The translations under genes were made by a program, and so were the position numbers. Shown here piece after piece: positions 60,803-64,000 of a stretch of DNA of 64,000 bases. This stretch comes from a virus. Its lineage: Duplodnaviria > Heunggongvirae > Uroviricota > Caudoviricetes. Positions within the stretch are counted from its first letter, which is position 1; each line of letters opens with the position of its first letter. The stretch is taken from the IMG/VR virus record IMGVR_UViG_3300023181_000001, positions 30,509 to 94,508 of that record; one strand, written 5' to 3'. Below the pieces are notes generated by a model. It was not told where the DNA came from, did not search any database, and saw only the letters and a list, made by a program, of their open reading frames with translations.

Positions 60803-61192
60803 TCAATCAAAATTGACGATAATGATTGAAATATCATTCATTTTTCTAAATTCTTTTTCGGTGCGATAAATAGGTAAAAAAGGATTATCAGGTCTTTCGT
60901 CTTCTTCATAGATAATAATCTTATCTAACCACTCATCTGAAATATCTTTCAATATTGTTATACCGTTTCTTTTTAAGACTTTTCTGATCTGTTCGTGTGG
61001 AGAGTCTGTGTATAAATGATTTGGCATGATTAAACTTAAATCTTTACCTCCTCCCCTTTCATATTGCAATCCTTCGTCTACCATTGTTCCATTTTCACAA
61101 GAACAAGTTTTATAATCATGTACATGTGTGCTTACCAGAGTCTCATTACACTGCAAGCAAATTACTGAGTTATAAACTAACTTTCTTTCCAT
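60803..61192 (-). CDS. hypothetical zinc-finger protein
   Basis: 'CLQCNETLVSTHVHDYKTCSC' Cys/His cluster. Confidence 0.4.
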   Translation of the reverse strand: MERKLVYNSVICLQCNETLVSTHVHDYKTCSCENGTMVDEGLQYERGGGKDLSLIMPNHLYTDSPHEQIRKVLKRNGITILKDISDEWLDKIIIYEEDERPDNPFLPIYRTEKEFRKMNDISIIIVNFD

Positions 61193-61670
61193 CGTCTTTT
61201 ATGTATTTAACTGCATCACCTAAAGCATAAAACAGTTGTTCTCTTATTCCTAAATCTCTACGGTACTCTGATATCCAAACATTATTGTGCATTACTCTGG
61301 GTGTGGCATCAACAACTACACTGAACTCTATATTCAAATCCAAAACTACTTCAAAAAGCCAATCAAAAGAATTGTAAAACCTTAATTCATTGTGAGAACG
61401 GCAGACGTATTTATAGTAATCACCCTCATTGAAAACCCATCCGTTTTTTCTATGATATCTCAAAGGGGTTATGTTAATCTCTTTCTTTTCTACTGTTTTT
61501 TCAGGATTAATGTTACTTGAAGTTGTTATAGTAGCCGTTTCTATTTTCGGTTTACCTGGTTCTACTTTATACCAGCCCGCTTTATTTAAACCTTTTAAAT
61601 TATTAGAGGGGATATACACCCAGCCTAAATATTCAGCTAATAGTTTTGATGTTTCTTTTATGTCTTTCAT
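61170..61670 (-). CDS. hypothetical protein
   Basis: 166-aa ORF. Confidence 0.4.
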   Translation of the reverse strand: MKDIKETSKLLAEYLGWVYIPSNNLKGLNKAGWYKVEPGKPKIETATITTSSNINPEKTVEKKEINITPLRYHRKNGWVFNEGDYYKYVCRSHNELRFYNSFDWLFEVVLDLNIEFSVVVDATPRVMHNNVWISEYRRDLGIREQLFYALGDAVKYIKDDGKKVSL

Positions 61671-62347
61671 TCTAAGTTATTTTTACGCCAAACTTCTTCT
61701 ACAAAATCTTTGTTATTTTCATAGTAATTCCAAAGCGGGCTGTTTTCTAAATTATAATTTTTAGCAAAGTGGTTCGGCGGAGAATAAAATAAGTTATCGG
61801 TAAGTTGGCTTAGTACACCTCTTGGATTTTCTTTCATAAATTCTTGAACTGTTAATCCCGAATCTTGATTGTAGGTATCTGACATAAACAAGGAAATTAA
61901 AGTGGCTAACTTATTTTGGAAAAAACCTGTTTCATTTGAAAACCATGTACATCTACGAACTGTCTCAGTCTTATTTTTTACAAACCCACCACGCTCTTTG
62001 TAGCTTGTTATAATCCACTCCACGATTTTTGTATCATCTTCTGACTTATCAGCTTTACCTAAATCCCTTAAAAACTCTGTACCTTTTTTATCAAGCCTTA
62101 ATTCGCCGTTCTTAATTTGTTTTAAATAGCCTGAATCTAAAAGTTTACTTAGGTTATATCCTCTGTATTCTTCTATGTTTTCTTGATCTTGCTGTTTTAC
62201 GGCGAGAATAAAAAACAAGTCTTCTATCTTAAATTCTTTTAAGAACTTATCTACAACTTTAAAATTTACGAACATAGTAATGCTTGATTTATAATGTACT
62301 CTCCTAATAGAGGGTGTACACAGTTTCTTAAAATTTGTACAGGGCAA
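61667..62347 (-). CDS. hypothetical protein (5' end overlaps the methyltransferase 3' end by 82 nt)
   Basis: 226-aa ORF. True start may be the internal Met ('MFVNFKVV...'). Confidence 0.4.
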   Translation of the reverse strand: MPCTNFKKLCTPSIRRVHYKSSITMFVNFKVVDKFLKEFKIEDLFFILAVKQQDQENIEEYRGYNLSKLLDSGYLKQIKNGELRLDKKGTEFLRDLGKADKSEDDTKIVEWIITSYKERGGFVKNKTETVRRCTWFSNETGFFQNKLATLISLFMSDTYNQDSGLTVQEFMKENPRGVLSQLTDNLFYSPPNHFAKNYNLENSPLWNYYENNKDFVEEVWRKNNLE

Positions 62348-62889
62348 TGATTCTTCTCGTAGTATATATTTTCTTCATAGTGGATATCTAACCAATCCAT
62401 CATTATTTTCTTTTGACCTACTGTAGCTAAATTCATCATACCTTTTGGAGATTTGGGCGCATTTTCCATAGGTTCAATTTTAAAATTACTCCAAAATAAA
62501 TGTCTCCCTATTTTTACAGGATTACCATAAGGCTGATAGTAAGGTACTACATTTTCAACAACCCATAACTTATCTTTACAATACTGTTGCAAGAAAATTA
62601 TCTCTTCAAATAAAGCTCCATCAACATACCTTATCATGTTGTGCCTGGTTGCCAAGTTCATTTTAGAATGTTTTTGACAAGGTCGCGAAGCCCAGATAAT
62701 ATCATAATTTTTATAATTGTCTAAAAGGTATTGATGTGCGTCTGCAACTATTACTTTCTGGTTTGGCTTTCTCTCTTGAAGAACCTTTGCTATTTTGGGA
62801 TTCAGCTCCACATTTGTTATCTCAAAAAATTTATCGTCTAATAAATTTATATTTCCTCCTAATCCCGCATAAAGATTTAATAATCTCAT
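62266..62889 (-). CDS. minimal DNA (cytosine-5)-methyltransferase
   Basis: Motif I 'LNLYAGLGG' (FxGxGG), IV 'SRPCQKHS' (PCQ), VI 'VVENV' (ENV). Only 207 aa, so a very short or absent target-recognition domain. Confidence 0.55.
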   Translation of the reverse strand: MRLLNLYAGLGGNINLLDDKFFEITNVELNPKIAKVLQERKPNQKVIVADAHQYLLDNYKNYDIIWASRPCQKHSKMNLATRHNMIRYVDGALFEEIIFLQQYCKDKLWVVENVVPYYQPYGNPVKIGRHLFWSNFKIEPMENAPKSPKGMMNLATVGQKKIMMDWLDIHYEENIYYEKNHCPVQILRNCVHPLLGEYIINQALLCS

Positions 62890-63331
62890 TCTAATAATAT
62901 TTTATGATTTCTCCGTCTTTCTCTAGACTGTTTATTTTAAACTTCTTAACTAGATATAAATTTAAGTCAGTATCCGTAAACCTTATCCATTGGTTGATTG
63001 CTGTTTGAAATGTGTTTATTGGATGTGTTCTAAATTTTCTTTCCTGGCACTCTTCTAGATAGCAATTCCAAATTAAGTCTAAAGGCAGTGTTTTTGAATT
63101 TAGTGCCTCCAATGCTTTTTGTCGGTTAGACATTTTTCAAAGTGTTTTTAATATAGTAAAATCCATCTTCTTCCCATTTATTTTCTTTGTGGATTAGAAT
63201 TTTGTTTGATTTTGGGTAGTAGGTTGTTTTACCTATTTTTGGTATGTCGGCTACTATTGAATATTCTTTTTCTTCAAAGATTAGCTGATTTGTTTCAAGT
63301 AAATCTATGTACTCGTTTTTTCTAAGTTCTT

Positions 63332-63673
63332 TCATAATTGATGAATATTTTTAACTACTTCTCTATATTGCGCCATATAAGAATTAAAACCCATGTGATG
63401 ATTTTTATCAAAAATTCCAAACATACCATCTTTAAAAGATACCGTCCAATCATTATCTAAAATATCTCCTTCATAAATCTTTTTACCATTTCTATCTTTT
63501 ATCCCTATGAATTGACCTATTGTTTTTGGGTCTATCTCTTCACTATGATATTCATAATTATTTTCTCCAATTGTACAGTCTGTTATTTCAGGTATTGGAT
63601 TATACATAACTAATGAGCCGTATACAAAATCATTTGTAATTAAAGAAATACCTCTAAATTCAATCTCTCTCAT
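63332..63673 (-). CDS. YopX-family phage protein
   Basis: 'MREIEFRGISL...' start and 'KDRNGKKIYEGDIL' are hallmark YopX segments. Confidence 0.55.
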   Translation of the reverse strand: MREIEFRGISLITNDFVYGSLVMYNPIPEITDCTIGENNYEYHSEEIDPKTIGQFIGIKDRNGKKIYEGDILDNDWTVSFKDGMFGIFDKNHHMGFNSYMAQYREVVKNIHQL

Positions 63674-63889
63674 CTATTTCTTTTTAAACTGTCTTTTTAT
63701 CTTTGTCTCTACTGTCTCGGCGTTTTTAAAAACCAATTCAAAATTATCCTCATCTAAAGCCAAGCTTATATACTGTTGTAAAACGTCTTTTAAGGTTTTA
63801 TGGGGATAAGTCTTATCTTTATGATTTAAAGTAAATGCTTCCTCTGTTACTTCAATTGTGTAATCTGTATCTACTTTAAAGTTTTGCAT
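63674..63889 (-). CDS. hypothetical protein
   Basis: 71-aa ORF. Confidence 0.35.
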   Translation of the reverse strand: MQNFKVDTDYTIEVTEEAFTLNHKDKTYPHKTLKDVLQQYISLALDEDNFELVFKNAETVETKIKRQFKKK

Positions 63890-64000
63890 AATGCTTCAAT
63901 TGTTTGTTCTACTCTATTTGTTGCTTCTAAAATACCATTTAAACTGTCTTCTTTTTGGCTTTCCTCTAGATACTTTTTTAGGCTGAGTTTTAGGTTTGGA

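Noticed and set aside
1-64000. Structural/packaging genes (terminase, portal, capsid, tail), lysin, integrase, rRNA
   Set aside because: No ORF shows terminase Walker/nuclease motifs, portal or capsid signatures, lysozyme/amidase motifs or recombinase catalytic residues. The window appears confined to replication and accessory regions.

Overview
The window looks like part of a large virulent dsDNA phage genome from a Bacteroidetes (Flavobacteriia-like) host. No integrase, capsid, tail or terminase genes are visible, so it is probably the replication, recombination and accessory region. Host evidence: the sequence is AT-rich (roughly one-third GC by eye), it carries at least eight perfect Bacteroidetes sigma-A -7 boxes (TAnnTTTG, mostly TATATTTG) just upstream of genes, and exported proteins begin with Bacteroidetes-style signal peptides such as 'MKKFLIFLFLLVTFLTRAQS'. 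Coding is extremely dense. About 150 mostly small ORFs share many ATGA / TAATG start-stop overlaps, and many ORFs shorter than 60 aa are missing from the supplied track. The ORFs form two convergent blocks: a + strand block from 1 to 49187 and a - strand block from 49257 to the window end, meeting at a bidirectional hairpin terminator (49191-49226). Recognisable genes include two SF2 helicases, one of them 5'-truncated and the other 915 aa with an IS1595-type zinc ribbon and a novel C-terminal tandem repeat. Also recognisable are a RecA/UvsX-like recombinase, a DnaB-like helicase, PhoH, a phage GroEL chaperonin and a tRNA-His. Nucleases include GIY-YIG-like, HNH, a DEDDy 3'-5' exonuclease and a RecB-family PD-(D/E)xK nuclease. 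There is a minimal CCA-type nucleotidyltransferase, an SPFH membrane protein, a Cys-based phosphatase and an inserted IS200/IS605-family TnpB gene on the opposite strand. The - strand block carries an HD phosphohydrolase + Rnl2-like ligase pair, a MazF/PemK-like protein, a metallophosphoesterase, a minimal C5 cytosine methyltransferase and a YopX protein. Unexplained signals include a recurrent GC-rich intergenic motif (TTTTCCCGCG / CGGCGGAAAAA family) and a ~900 bp non-coding region with GC islands and an AT-rich core (candidate origin). Others are a tRNA-like fragment, a 62 bp perfect direct repeat marking a tandem gene duplication, and a 126-codon open frame with no canonical start codon.
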